From contig CAZTAB010000145.1 of the NCBI GenBank assembly GCA_964611475.1, forward strand, positions 1 through 35,145: a DNA stretch of 35,145 bases, written 5' to 3'. The DNA comes from an uncultured Verrucomicrobiota bacterium (GTDB lineage: Bacteria; Verrucomicrobiota; Kiritimatiellia; SLOV01). Position 1 is the first letter of the stretch, and each line of letters begins with the position of its first letter. Of the stretch, positions 1 through 8,639 are shown piece by piece. Below the pieces are notes generated by a model. It saw only the letters and a list, made by a program, of their open reading frames with translations, searched no databases and was not told the origin of the DNA. A program made the translations under genes and the position numbers.

Positions 1-86
1 GACGGATTTCCAACGTACTGCGAGGCCTGTGTGGTGAATGCAGTCGCCGTAAAAAAACAACAAAAAACGCATAAAATTCTCTTCAT
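1..86 (-). CDS. Partial CDS (N-terminus only, runs off left edge): secreted or lipoprotein-like protein of unknown family
   Basis: Minus-strand ATG at 86..84 with AGGAG (revcomp of 93..97) 6 nt upstream. Translation is MKRILCVFCCFFTATAFTTQASQYVGNP: a basic n-region, a hydrophobic core and a TQA|S-like cleavage site. GC content returns to the window-typical level inside it. Too short for a family call. Confidence 0.4.
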   Translation of the reverse strand, partial: MKRILCVFCCFFTATAFTTQASQYVGNP

Positions 87-311
87 TTCCGACTCCTATT
101 ACCTTTCCTAACGCCTACCTCTGAAACCGCCAAGCTTCGTCCTGAGCCTTCATCCTTATAGGATTGGATCGCCTCCTGTCTACAAAAAAACGTATTTTTT
201 TAATTTGATTTGGCAATAGATTTTTTTGTCAGTGGGGATCGGTATTTTGCTCTATTATCCGGGCCATCTCCTTAAGATTGTGGCCTAGCTGTTTTTGCCG
301 ATGACCCTACC

Positions 312-650
312 CTAGTTGGGCCCCACCCTCGACGATCCAGGTCTTCGGGGCCCCCTCCGTCCCCGATCCCCAAATCGCCTCCTGTAAATACATCCTGCAT
401 CGACGGCGGCGTGCGGCACTTCCACGACGGAGCCCGGCTCGGAAAGATCTGCCCAGTGCCGGCCGAAAACTTCGAATTTTTCTTGGGCCCATGACGCATT
501 GCGATGGGTCGGGCGCTCGACCGCCCCAAACTGAATCTCACACGTGGCCCGCGGCGACCGAACAGCCACGGGGAAGGCTGCCTTCAGCATCACGTGCCGC
601 TCCTCGGTCTCGACTTCGATCCAGAAGGGCGACACGGCCTCGGCAGCTCC
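312..650 (-). pseudogene. Relic of a GH38 (class II) alpha-mannosidase, internal fragment only
   Basis: Minus-strand translation of about 635..432 reads SPFWIEVETEERHVMLKAAFPVAVRSPRATCEIQFGAVERPTHRNASWAQEKFEVFGRHWADLSEPG. This matches the conserved GH38 block recalled from MAN2C1-type enzymes (HKFLKVEFP...ATYEIQFG..RPTH.NTSWD.A.FEV..H.W.DLSE). Similarity is lost or frameshifted below about 430. The roughly 650 N-terminal residues a real GH38 needs are absent, because that space is taken by a + strand gene. The C-terminal part is replaced by AT-rich non-coding DNA. Confidence 0.6.
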
Positions 651-1029
651 GGTCGAGCACATGAACCGGTTCTGCGAGGAAAACACGCAAAGCGTCGTAC
701 GGAACCTTCGCAACCGGATGCCGCGGCATCTGTTGGAGGCTCCGGCGCTGCCCGATCGCGGCAAGGATAATCCATACTTACCAGCGGCGCCTGAATACCG
801 CCGATTGAAGATTGCATTCCTCCTCCGCCCGTACCATAAGGGAGACATTTCCCTCCCAGAGGGAGCACAGCGACATGAGCGTCAACGAGATCAAACGACA
901 GGGTGGAGACAACTACATTTACTCCGTTGTCAGCGCGGTGAAGCGCGAACATCCACAAGCATGATATGGTGGAACGGAGATTTGGAGTGCGCCGCTGAAG
1001 CTTCGCCCTGCCGCCGCACTCCAAACCGA

Positions 1030-3252
1030 ATGCAAAGCGGGATGAACTGGATGGACTCTGTCGAAACCTACTCCGTGGCCTGGGACGAGCCGGGCCGCAG
1101 CGCGGACGACTCGATGCCGTTGGGGAACGGGGACATCGGGTTGAACGCCTGGACGGAGGCGAACGGCGGCCTCACATTCTATATCGGCAAGACAGACAGC
1201 TGGGACGAGTACGGCCGCCTTCTGAAAGTCGGCCGGATTCGCGTATCCTTGGATCCGGCCCCGTCCGGAGCCTTCTCCCAGACATTGACCGTCAAGGACG
1301 CGACCATGGAAGTCCGGTGGGGAGAGGCCCGGCTCCGGCTGTGGGTCGACGCGAATCACCCGGTGATCCAACTCGAAGCGGATTCGCCGGATCCCGTGAC
1401 CACCACCCTTTCCATCGAGTTGTGGCGCACGGAGCGGGAAGAGCTTTCCTCGATAACCATCAGTGACGTATGGGCCGAGGCCGGATTCGACGGGACGTTC
1501 GGGCACCAGGGTGAAACGATTGTGGAACCCGACACCTTGATCACCGGCCTGGATCGCCGCATTGGGTGGTACCACCACAATGTGAAATCCGTCGGCCCCG
1601 AACTGCACGCGAAAATCCAGGGGCTGGATGGCTTCGAACGCGAAGATCCCCTGCTTCATCGGACATTCGGCGCCATTGCGTGGGCGGATGAAGGACGGTG
1701 CGTGAGTGACGCCACTCTGGAGTCGCCGGCTGCGACACACCACCGGTTCTCGATTGCGGTATTGACCCGGCATCCGTCGTCGCCGGAAGCATGGCTTGCG
1801 GATATGGACGGGATCATCCGGTCGGTGGGTGAGACCACGGCCGAGGCTCGGCGGTCGGAACATGAAGCCTGGTGGGGTTCATTCTGGGACCGGAGCTGGA
1901 TTCATGTCTCCGGCGGCAACAGCACGGACGCGGCGGAAGCAAGCCGCGCGTACGCGCTGCAACGGTTCGTTCAGGCCTGCGCGGGACGGGGCGCGTTTCC
2001 CATCAAGTTCAACGGCTCGATTTTCAACGTGCCGCTTGAGGGACAACCCGGGGATGGCGACTGGCGGCGCTGGGGACCGGGATACTGGTGGCAAAACACT
2101 CGACTGCCCTACTACGCGATGTGTCCGGCGGGCGACTTCGACTGCCTAGAGGCCCTGTTCCAAATGTATTGCCGCGACCTCCACGAGTTAAACCGATACC
2201 GGACGAGGGCCTACGTGGGGCACGATGGGATTTTCATCCCCGAGACCATCTACTTCTGGGGCGACACCATCGGCAACACCTACGGGTGGACGCCGTGGGA
2301 GGAGCGTGAGGAAAAACTGCAGCCGGCGGGTTGGCACAAGTACGAATGGACGGGCAGCCTCGAACTGGCGGGGCTTCTGCTGGATGCCTACGCCCATACC
2401 GGTGATGAGACGTTGTTGCGGGAGACCCTGCTGCCCTTTGCGAACGACGCGCTGAAATTCTTCGATCTGCAGTATCCGGCGGAGCCTGGGCAAAAGATGA
2501 AGATGGAGCCGTCCCAGGCATGTGAAACGTGGTGGGACTGCACGAACCCGATGCCCGAGATTGCGGGATTGTACGCGGTGACCGCTCGGCTGCTGGCCCT
2601 GCCAGCCAACCAGACGTCGGAAGAAGACCGGGCCTTCTGGTCCGCCCTCCGGGGCAAGCTGCCGCCAATCCCGACGCGATGCGTCGACGGGATCTCCATG
2701 CTTGCCCCTGCCGAGCGTTTCGAGAACAAGAAAAACGAAGAACATCCTGAGCTGTACGGGGTGTTTCCGTTCCGCCTGTATGGGGTCGGCAAGCCGGATA
2801 TCGAACAGGCGATCGAGGCGTTGCGACATCGGGACGATGCAAACAACGTCGGTTGGCACCAGGACGAGGCCTTCATGGCCTACCTCGGCCTGGCGGTCGA
2901 GGCGCGCGAGAATCTCCTGGTCCGGATCCGGACCAGGAAGGAGGAATGGTTCATCGACGGGAAGCGGGCGCAGACCGACATGAAATTCCCGGCCTTCTGG
3001 GGACCCAACTTCGACTGGACGCCGGATCAGTGCCATGGGGGGATGATCATGATTGTTCTGCAATCCATGTTGCTCCAGCGTGATGCCGACAACGTCCTCC
3101 TGTTCCCCGCCTGGCCGAAAGACTGGGATGTGGAATTCAAGCTGTACGCGCCCCGGGGAACGATCATCGAAGGAACGTATCGGGATCGGAAGCTGGTCGA
3201 GTTAAAGGTGACGCCGGAGAGCCGGCGGGCGGATGTGACCGTTTGCTTGTGA
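1030..3252 (+). CDS. GH95-like / DUF5703-type six-hairpin glycoside hydrolase, apparently cytoplasmic (no signal peptide)
   Basis: Long ORF ending TGA 3250-3252. Homology-like sequence begins around 1060 ([59 protein letters not shown]), with the PLGNG motif typical of the GH95/DUF5703 N-terminal beta-sandwich, followed by a large helical region. The start is uncertain: ATG at 961, 1030, 1042 or 1051. The track's 544 start is rejected. Confidence 0.8.
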   Translation: MQSGMNWMDSVETYSVAWDEPGRSADDSMPLGNGDIGLNAWTEANGGLTFYIGKTDSWDEYGRLLKVGRIRVSLDPAPSGAFSQTLTVKDATMEVRWGEARLRLWVDANHPVIQLEADSPDPVTTTLSIELWRTEREELSSITISDVWAEAGFDGTFGHQGETIVEPDTLITGLDRRIGWYHHNVKSVGPELHAKIQGLDGFEREDPLLHRTFGAIAWADEGRCVSDATLESPAATHHRFSIAVLTRHPSSPEAWLADMDGIIRSVGETTAEARRSEHEAWWGSFWDRSWIHVSGGNSTDAAEASRAYALQRFVQACAGRGAFPIKFNGSIFNVPLEGQPGDGDWRRWGPGYWWQNTRLPYYAMCPAGDFDCLEALFQMYCRDLHELNRYRTRAYVGHDGIFIPETIYFWGDTIGNTYGWTPWEEREEKLQPAGWHKYEWTGSLELAGLLLDAYAHTGDETLLRETLLPFANDALKFFDLQYPAEPGQKMKMEPSQACETWWDCTNPMPEIAGLYAVTARLLALPANQTSEEDRAFWSALRGKLPPIPTRCVDGISMLAPAERFENKKNEEHPELYGVFPFRLYGVGKPDIEQAIEALRHRDDANNVGWHQDEAFMAYLGLAVEARENLLVRIRTRKEEWFIDGKRAQTDMKFPAFWGPNFDWTPDQCHGGMIMIVLQSMLLQRDADNVLLFPAWPKDWDVEFKLYAPRGTIIEGTYRDRKLVELKVTPESRRADVTVCL

Positions 3253-3271
3253 GAGAAAGGAAGCAATAGCC

Positions 3272-3718
3272 ATGTTCAAATCCCAGTTCTTCGAAGACTA
3301 CGAGCTCGGTCACGAACGCGAAACGATCGGCCGCACGATCACGGAAGCGGACATCGTGATTCACGCGGGACAGTCCGGGGACTTCTACCCGCATCACATG
3401 GATGCCGAGTGGTGCAAAACACAGTCGTTCGGCGCACGGATCGCGCACGGATCGCTGATCTTCAGCGTGGCGATCGGCATGACGGCGGGAGAGATCAATC
3501 CCGAGGCATTCTCGTACGGCTATGACCGGTTGCGATTCATCAAGCCGGTCTACATCGGCGACACCATCCGGTGCAAGGTGACCATCAGCGACAAGCGGGA
3601 TTTCAAGAAACCGGAACTCGGAACGGTGGTGGAGAAGGTCGAGGTGTTCAATCAAAGGGATGAAGTCGTGATGGCCTGCGAACACCTCCTCTGTGCCAGC
3701 CGGGAAAACCCGGCGTAG
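3272..3718 (+). CDS. MaoC-like (R)-specific enoyl-CoA hydratase/dehydratase, hot-dog fold
   Basis: 148 aa with GAAAGGAAG SD-like sequence upstream. Shows the typical MaoC pattern: [23 protein letters not shown]...[12 protein letters not shown]...[12 protein letters not shown]. Confidence 0.9.
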   Translation: MFKSQFFEDYELGHERETIGRTITEADIVIHAGQSGDFYPHHMDAEWCKTQSFGARIAHGSLIFSVAIGMTAGEINPEAFSYGYDRLRFIKPVYIGDTIRCKVTISDKRDFKKPELGTVVEKVEVFNQRDEVVMACEHLLCASRENPA

Positions 3719-3725
3719 TCGTTTC

Positions 3726-4685
3726 ATGGCGGATCACGATTCCATTCGAAACGTTGCCGTCCTCGGCCTTGGCACCATGGGGCACGGGATCGCGCAGATC
3801 TTCGCCGCAGCGGGCTGCCGGGTTCGCGGATACGACGATGCGGCGGAGGCCAGGGCGACGACCTTGCCGAGAGTCCGCTCCAACCTGGAGAAGATGGTCG
3901 CGGCGGGTCTGTTTGACGCAGGGAATGTCAATGGAACGCAGGAGAGGATCACCGTGTGCGACTCGGAAAAGGACGCGTTGCAGGATGCGGACTTTTTGAC
4001 CGAGGCGATTCGCGAGAACCTGGAGCTGAAGCAAGCGGTGTTCAAGCGCATCGAGGCGTCGATTTCGGCGGAGTGTATTGTCGCGAGTAACACGTCAAGC
4101 TACCCGATGTCGCAGATGTCGGCCCGGATGAAGCATCCGGAGCGGGCGTTGAATACGCACTGGTTCAATCCACCCCACATTATTCCGCTGGTAGAAGTCG
4201 TGCCCGGAAAAAAAACGGCGCAGGAAACGGTGGACCGGACGGTTCAACTCCTGGAGGGAGCCGGCAAACTTGCGGTTCCGCTGAAGAAGGAGATTCCCGG
4301 CTTTCTCGTAAATCGCGTGCAAATGGCCATGTACCGGGAGCTGTTGTCGATGCGGGAGCGGGGAATCGCGACGACGGAGCAGATCGATCTTGCGATCCGG
4401 CAAAGCGTCGGAATCCGGCTCGCGGCGCTGGGGCCGCTTGCCGTCCTCGATTACGCGGGGTTGGATACAAATGACGAAGTTATGAAGGTACTGGCTCCGG
4501 ACCTGGCCGACAACGTGGAGTTCCCGCCGTCGGTGCAGGAACTGGTCCGGAACGGCCACTACGGCGCGAAGGTGGGAAAGGGACTCTACGATTACGCGGA
4601 GGGGGACGTCGAACAGCGCATCGAAGAGCGAAACCGGATGTACATGGCGGTTCTTCAGACGCTGAAGGAAGAGCGCGGGTCCTGA
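3726..4685 (+). CDS. 3-hydroxyacyl-CoA dehydrogenase family protein (NAD-binding; HBD / L-carnitine / L-gulonate 3-dehydrogenase-like)
   Basis: N-terminal Rossmann motif VAVLGLGTMGHGIAQIFAAAG about 10 aa after ATG 3726. Also carries the HWFNPPHIIPLVEVVPGKKT signature and a C-terminal dimerisation domain. Lies 7 nt downstream of the MaoC stop. Confidence 0.9.
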   Translation: MADHDSIRNVAVLGLGTMGHGIAQIFAAAGCRVRGYDDAAEARATTLPRVRSNLEKMVAAGLFDAGNVNGTQERITVCDSEKDALQDADFLTEAIRENLELKQAVFKRIEASISAECIVASNTSSYPMSQMSARMKHPERALNTHWFNPPHIIPLVEVVPGKKTAQETVDRTVQLLEGAGKLAVPLKKEIPGFLVNRVQMAMYRELLSMRERGIATTEQIDLAIRQSVGIRLAALGPLAVLDYAGLDTNDEVMKVLAPDLADNVEFPPSVQELVRNGHYGAKVGKGLYDYAEGDVEQRIEERNRMYMAVLQTLKEERGS

Positions 4686-4947
4686 CGAGGGTTCCATAAG
4701 CCCCATCCGTCCCGCAGGTCCCGTGGGCGCGACGGGCACCGGCGACGGATTGCCGCACACCCACGCGGCCGCCACCGCCGAATCCAGCCACCGCTATCGA
4801 GGAAACGTCTTTTTCCCTTGATTCAACAAGGGGGCGCCGGAAACATAACGCTTGGATCCGTGAGTTCCACCGTGGATAAGATTCCCCTCGAACCACCGGA
4901 GTTGAAGACGAACGTCACGCCCTTGCTGGAGGCATGAAGGAGACCAC

Positions 4948-5796
4948 GTGAAAGCTGCACCATCGGATAAACAAATCGAGCAATTCAACGCGGAAGGCTA
5001 CCTGCTGATACCGGCGGTCTTTACCGATGACGAAGTTGCCCGCATGCAGGAAGAGGCGGACTTCATCCTGGAGCTGGTGATCAATTCATCCCTGTACCAC
5101 GGGAAGATGGATGGGCGGCTGGACCTGTGCGGAACAGAGGACGGATGTCATATGGTGCGGAAAATTCAACCCATCAATGACCTGTCCGGCTACTTGACGT
5201 CGATTTCCGCGGATGAGCGGCTTCTCGAGCCCATGCGATGCATCATGGGAGAAGAGCCGGAATTGATGGAAGAGAAGCTCAATTACAAGCAGCCACTCGG
5301 CCGGACCGTGGAGGGCCTCGAGGCAAAGAACCCCGGCTCACGCTTTCCCATCCACAACGACTGGGCCTATTACGCCGCGCAGAATTACCCCCAGGCAATT
5401 GTCTCATCCGCCATTAGTCTCGACGCGTGCACGCCCGACAACGGTCCGCTGCACATCTGGCCGGGAACGCACAAGGAACACATCGAGCACAAACCAGTCG
5501 ATATCGGGCTCGAAGTTCTCCCGGGGTCGGTGGATCCTGATGGAGGCATTGACGTGCTGGTGCCAGCGGGATCGGTAATGTTCTTTCACTCGCTCCTCGT
5601 CCACAACTCCAGGCCCAACGCGACAGCGGAGCCCCGCCGGCTCATGATTTACAGCCACTTTCCCGCCTCCGCAAACATTGGCTTCGACATCCGAAACGGC
5701 CCCGGCCGCCTGCGGTGCGCGCCGTACGAATGGAGATACATGAGGGAAAGGGCGGCCGGCCGCTACCGGGACACTTTCACATCTCCCAGCCGGTAG
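4948..5796 (+). CDS. Phytanoyl-CoA dioxygenase (PhyH) family Fe(II)/2-oxoglutarate oxygenase, paralog 1
   Basis: GTG start with AAGGAG 5 nt upstream. N-terminal QIEQFNAEGYLLIP. Facial triad H-N-D in PIHNDWAYY, NGPLHIWPGTH, and distal His in LLVHNSRPN followed by a conserved Arg. Confidence 0.9.
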   Translation: MKAAPSDKQIEQFNAEGYLLIPAVFTDDEVARMQEEADFILELVINSSLYHGKMDGRLDLCGTEDGCHMVRKIQPINDLSGYLTSISADERLLEPMRCIMGEEPELMEEKLNYKQPLGRTVEGLEAKNPGSRFPIHNDWAYYAAQNYPQAIVSSAISLDACTPDNGPLHIWPGTHKEHIEHKPVDIGLEVLPGSVDPDGGIDVLVPAGSVMFFHSLLVHNSRPNATAEPRRLMIYSHFPASANIGFDIRNGPGRLRCAPYEWRYMRERAAGRYRDTFTSPSR

Positions 5797-5898
5797 CAAT
5801 CGGATCGTCTATTCCCGTTGCGCATTCGGCTGAACTTTGCAAGTATTAGGCAGGGCCGGCCGTCATGATGGACCTCTACAGCGAACGGCGTCGAGTGC

Positions 5899-7533
5899 GT
5901 GAAACAAGCAGTTCTCAGAACAGTGGTTTTTCTAGGAGTCGTCCCGCTCTCCTCCCTCCCCCCCTGCGTTCAAGCCCAACCCGGCGCCGAAGTCCGGGAG
6001 GAGGTCCGGATTCTTCCCCGTAATCCGACACACGCCAGCCCGTCCGCCCCGGCGGACGGCGCACCGGGCGAGCACCGACTCAAAACCGATCTGGTTCGAC
6101 TGCGCTCGTTCTCCGGCGCCCTGGCCGAACTGGAAAAGGAGATGAACCATCTCCGCGAATCCATCGGGCAAAAGGAACGAGACTACTACACGAGCGATGA
6201 GCACGACCGGATCGAGAGCCTGCTCTTCCGGTATCTTGCCTGCCGCGAATCCCTGTGGGACATGATCGACTACTACAGCTCCTACCAGGAGACATTTCCC
6301 GACTCCGAGAGACGGACGAAGGGCTTTCTCATCGGGTTCAGCGCCGCCAACCTCCTTTCCTGCTACAGCTCGAAGGTTGTTGCGACATTCCTCGACAAGC
6401 CGGTCGTGATCGGCAAGTTGAACGAGAAATTCTTTCGGTTGGCGATTCCACGCGGCACGTACGACAATCTATTCAAGTCCGTCACTTCCGTGGACAACCT
6501 GTCCGCCATGAAGGCCGCTTGGCTCCTGTACGACGAGGAACGAAAGAATCCGGAATCCACCCTGTCACGTCTCGCGGCCACCAACACGGTGTACCGGGAA
6601 CTGATGGAGCAGAGCGACTGGATGCACACAAAAACCGCGGAGCAGACGGACTACATCCTCGAGGAGAAATCCTTTCTTCTCCCGAACGTCAGGAACCGCA
6701 TCCGGCACGCGGCCATCCACGAGATTGCCCTGAAGGCCAAGGAAAAATTCAAGGACAACCTCTACGCCGCGCGGGGCATCCTGTCCGTGGGGGTGAGCCG
6801 CATCAAGTCCCCGCTGGCCTCCGAACTCGCCTTCTCGCCCTCCCAGGTGCGGACGATCAAGTCAAAGCTACGACCGGGGGACGTGATCCTCACGTTTACG
6901 GAGGGCTATATGTGCAACATCTTTCTTCCGGGCACGTTCAAGCACGGCATGACCTACGTCGGCTCACCGGAGGAACGGCGGGAAGCGGGACTGACGATGG
7001 AAAACATGCCCGACATCCCGCCTGGAAGGCGGGACGAACTCTCCACACACCTTTCGCAGGGCACGCTTCCCACGGGGGAGGATGCCGACCTGGTCGAGAG
7101 CGTCGCGGAGGGCGTGGTGTTCAGCTCCCTTGACCACATCCTGGAAACTCATATCAACCGGCTCCTGGTCCTTCGGCCCTGCCTGACCGAAGACGAACGG
7201 GTCGGGCAGCTTGCGACCGTGTTCCTGTTGCTCGGAAACACCTATGACTTCAAGTTCGATTTCAGCGACGCGTCCCACCAGTGCTGTACGGAGGTGATCT
7301 ACCGCGCCCTGCACAAACGGGGCACGATCGAGTTTTCGCTGATCCGGCGAATGGGAAATCAGACACTCAGCGCCGATGATATCATCCGGCATCATATGTC
7401 CAGAGACGACAGGCCGTTCGAGTTCGTGCTGCTCGCGGAGCGGGATCCGGAAGGCGAGAGACAGGAGGCCGTCGTCCAAACCGGCCGGGAGGGCGAGGAG
7501 AGACTGAACGACCTGATGGAATCCCATGAGTGA
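5899..7533 (+). CDS. Secreted two-domain protein: unknown helical N-terminal domain plus C-terminal YiiX/YaeF-like permuted papain-fold (C92, NlpC/P60 superfamily) hydrolase
   Basis: Signal peptide MKQAVLRTVVFLGVVPLSSLPPCVQA|QP. C-terminal block LRPGDVILTF...FKHGMTYVG...ESVAEGVVFSSL...LLVLRP...YDFKFDFSDASHQCCTEVIYRAL has the His...Cys order and spacing of permuted papain-like amidases. GTG start. Confidence 0.8.
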   Translation: MKQAVLRTVVFLGVVPLSSLPPCVQAQPGAEVREEVRILPRNPTHASPSAPADGAPGEHRLKTDLVRLRSFSGALAELEKEMNHLRESIGQKERDYYTSDEHDRIESLLFRYLACRESLWDMIDYYSSYQETFPDSERRTKGFLIGFSAANLLSCYSSKVVATFLDKPVVIGKLNEKFFRLAIPRGTYDNLFKSVTSVDNLSAMKAAWLLYDEERKNPESTLSRLAATNTVYRELMEQSDWMHTKTAEQTDYILEEKSFLLPNVRNRIRHAAIHEIALKAKEKFKDNLYAARGILSVGVSRIKSPLASELAFSPSQVRTIKSKLRPGDVILTFTEGYMCNIFLPGTFKHGMTYVGSPEERREAGLTMENMPDIPPGRRDELSTHLSQGTLPTGEDADLVESVAEGVVFSSLDHILETHINRLLVLRPCLTEDERVGQLATVFLLLGNTYDFKFDFSDASHQCCTEVIYRALHKRGTIEFSLIRRMGNQTLSADDIIRHHMSRDDRPFEFVLLAERDPEGERQEAVVQTGREGEERLNDLMESHE

Positions 7534-8491
7534 ACCGGCGCCCCTGGGTCCGGACGAAATGGCGACATGGGAAACCGAGGGCTATGTTCTCGTCCGCGGC
7601 GCGATCTCCGCCGAACAGGCGGCACGCGGCGCGGACGAGGTCTGGGAGTTCGCCGGGAAGCCGGAGCACCGCCGGTTCCTCTTCGGCGTGGACCGGGACA
7701 ACGAGGAGACCTGGTACGAGAAAACGCCGGACAGCCGCGTGGACGGCCGAACGGTGGAGATCTACCACGGCACGCAGCAATGGGCCAATCGCACCGCTCC
7801 GGATATTTACGGGGCATTCTCCCAGATCCTGGGCGAAAGGCGGATTTGCTGCAGCCTGGATGCGGCACACATTTCACCGCCCAGCCGCAACCTGGATGAA
7901 ACCCTCGGCTTCCTTCACTGGGACATGTGGCATGTGCAGCGGTACAACGACCCCACGCACGGACCGTGCATCGAACCCGCGGCGAATCACAACAGTGCAT
8001 GGGAAACAATCATGGACCAGGAGCCGGAGGGCATGCGAGAGGCCCTGGCTGCACGAAAAGTCCAGGGAATGCTCTACCTCACGGACACGCCGGAGGACAC
8101 CGGGGCGTTTGTCATCGTGCCAGGCTTTCACCGGCAGATCGAATCCTGGTTGAAAAACCTTCCGGCATCGGCCGTGCCGAGCGCGGAGGATCTCCTTGCC
8201 CTCGGCACCGTGCAGGTTCCGGGCAACGCCGGTGACCTCGTCATCTGGAACAGCCTTTGTCCGCACTCGGCGGGAGTGAACCACAACAGGGAAGGGAGGG
8301 TGCGCGTCGTGCAGTATCTCTCCTATCGATACGACTCAGACCTGGAAAACGGGGACCGGGAAGCGCGCAGAGCCTTTCACCGCAACGGGCAAAAAGGCAA
8401 CGGAAACCGCCTCGACCTCCCGAACGAACCGGGAAACGTTGAACTTACGTCGCTCGGTCGGAAGATCGCGGGCCTTGATCCCTGGCCCTAG
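7526..8491 (+). CDS. PhyH family Fe(II)/2-oxoglutarate oxygenase, paralog 2
   Basis: ATG 7526 overlaps the upstream stop by 8 nt (ATGAGTGA). H-W-D in FLHWDMW, GAFVIVPGFH, and distal His in LCPHSAGVNHN plus Arg. Confidence 0.85.
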   Translation: MSEPAPLGPDEMATWETEGYVLVRGAISAEQAARGADEVWEFAGKPEHRRFLFGVDRDNEETWYEKTPDSRVDGRTVEIYHGTQQWANRTAPDIYGAFSQILGERRICCSLDAAHISPPSRNLDETLGFLHWDMWHVQRYNDPTHGPCIEPAANHNSAWETIMDQEPEGMREALAARKVQGMLYLTDTPEDTGAFVIVPGFHRQIESWLKNLPASAVPSAEDLLALGTVQVPGNAGDLVIWNSLCPHSAGVNHNREGRVRVVQYLSYRYDSDLENGDREARRAFHRNGQKGNGNRLDLPNEPGNVELTSLGRKIAGLDPWP

Positions 8492-8519
8492 GCGGGATCA
8501 AGCGGCTGATCGTCCCGCC
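8491..8519 (+). terminator. Candidate hairpin terminator or attenuator directly after the PhyH2 stop; no U-tract
   Basis: GGCGG/CCGCC (8491-8495 with 8515-8519) plus GATCA/TGATC (8496-8500 with 8507-8511). This gives 10 bp in total with a 3-nt bulge and a 6-nt loop, followed by a C-rich run rather than a T-rich run. Confidence 0.25.
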
Positions 8520-8639
8520 CCCCTCTCCCCGGTACGTTGCTGCCGGCCATCGAACCCCGAGACAGAACCTGGTTGGCAATCGTCCGGTGTCTCCGGTAAA
8601 ACGGTGCCCGGGTGGCATGCGACCGGGAAAGAACCCTTC

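Noticed and set aside
1-111. Plus-strand frame 1 is open from the window edge to TAA 109-111 (DGFPTYCEACVVNAV...), a possible C-terminus of an upstream gene.
   Set aside because: Its last 20 codons or so run through AT-rich, homopolymeric sequence. The opposite strand offers an SD + ATG + signal-peptide reading that explains the GC step better. It cannot be excluded without the flanking sequence.
875-964. 29-codon ORF (MSVNEIKRQGGDNYIYSVVSAVKREHPQA) with GAGGGAG upstream. Its stop forms an ATGA overlap with ATG 961 in the glycosidase frame.
   Set aside because: No recognisable similarity, and too short to judge. It may be chance or debris from the same rearrangement that left the GH38 relic. 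It is noted only because it bears on the choice of glycosidase start.
544-1029. 5' extension of the glycosidase ORF. The same kind of extension occurs at 8439..8639, 11004..11270, 12590..12661, 17508..17570, 23454..23552, 25903..25956, 30873..31037 and 27524..27643 (-).
   Set aside because: The extensions are Arg/Ser/Pro-rich and lack family similarity. They overlap upstream genes, relics or intergenic regulatory DNA. Internal starts with an SD and family-typical N-termini exist.
4934-4951. Five-codon uORF (MKETT) whose TGA overlaps the GTG start of PhyH1.
   Set aside because: Its ATG has essentially no spacing from the nearest purine-rich element. The AAGGAG inside it is better explained as the SD for the GTG start at 4948.
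8491-8500. The 10-mer GGCGGGATCA recurs at about 17452-17461, also followed by ATCGTCC, hinting at a REP-like repeat family.
   Set aside because: Chance 10-mer coincidences are expected many times in 35 kb on two strands. The two copies share no common secondary structure.
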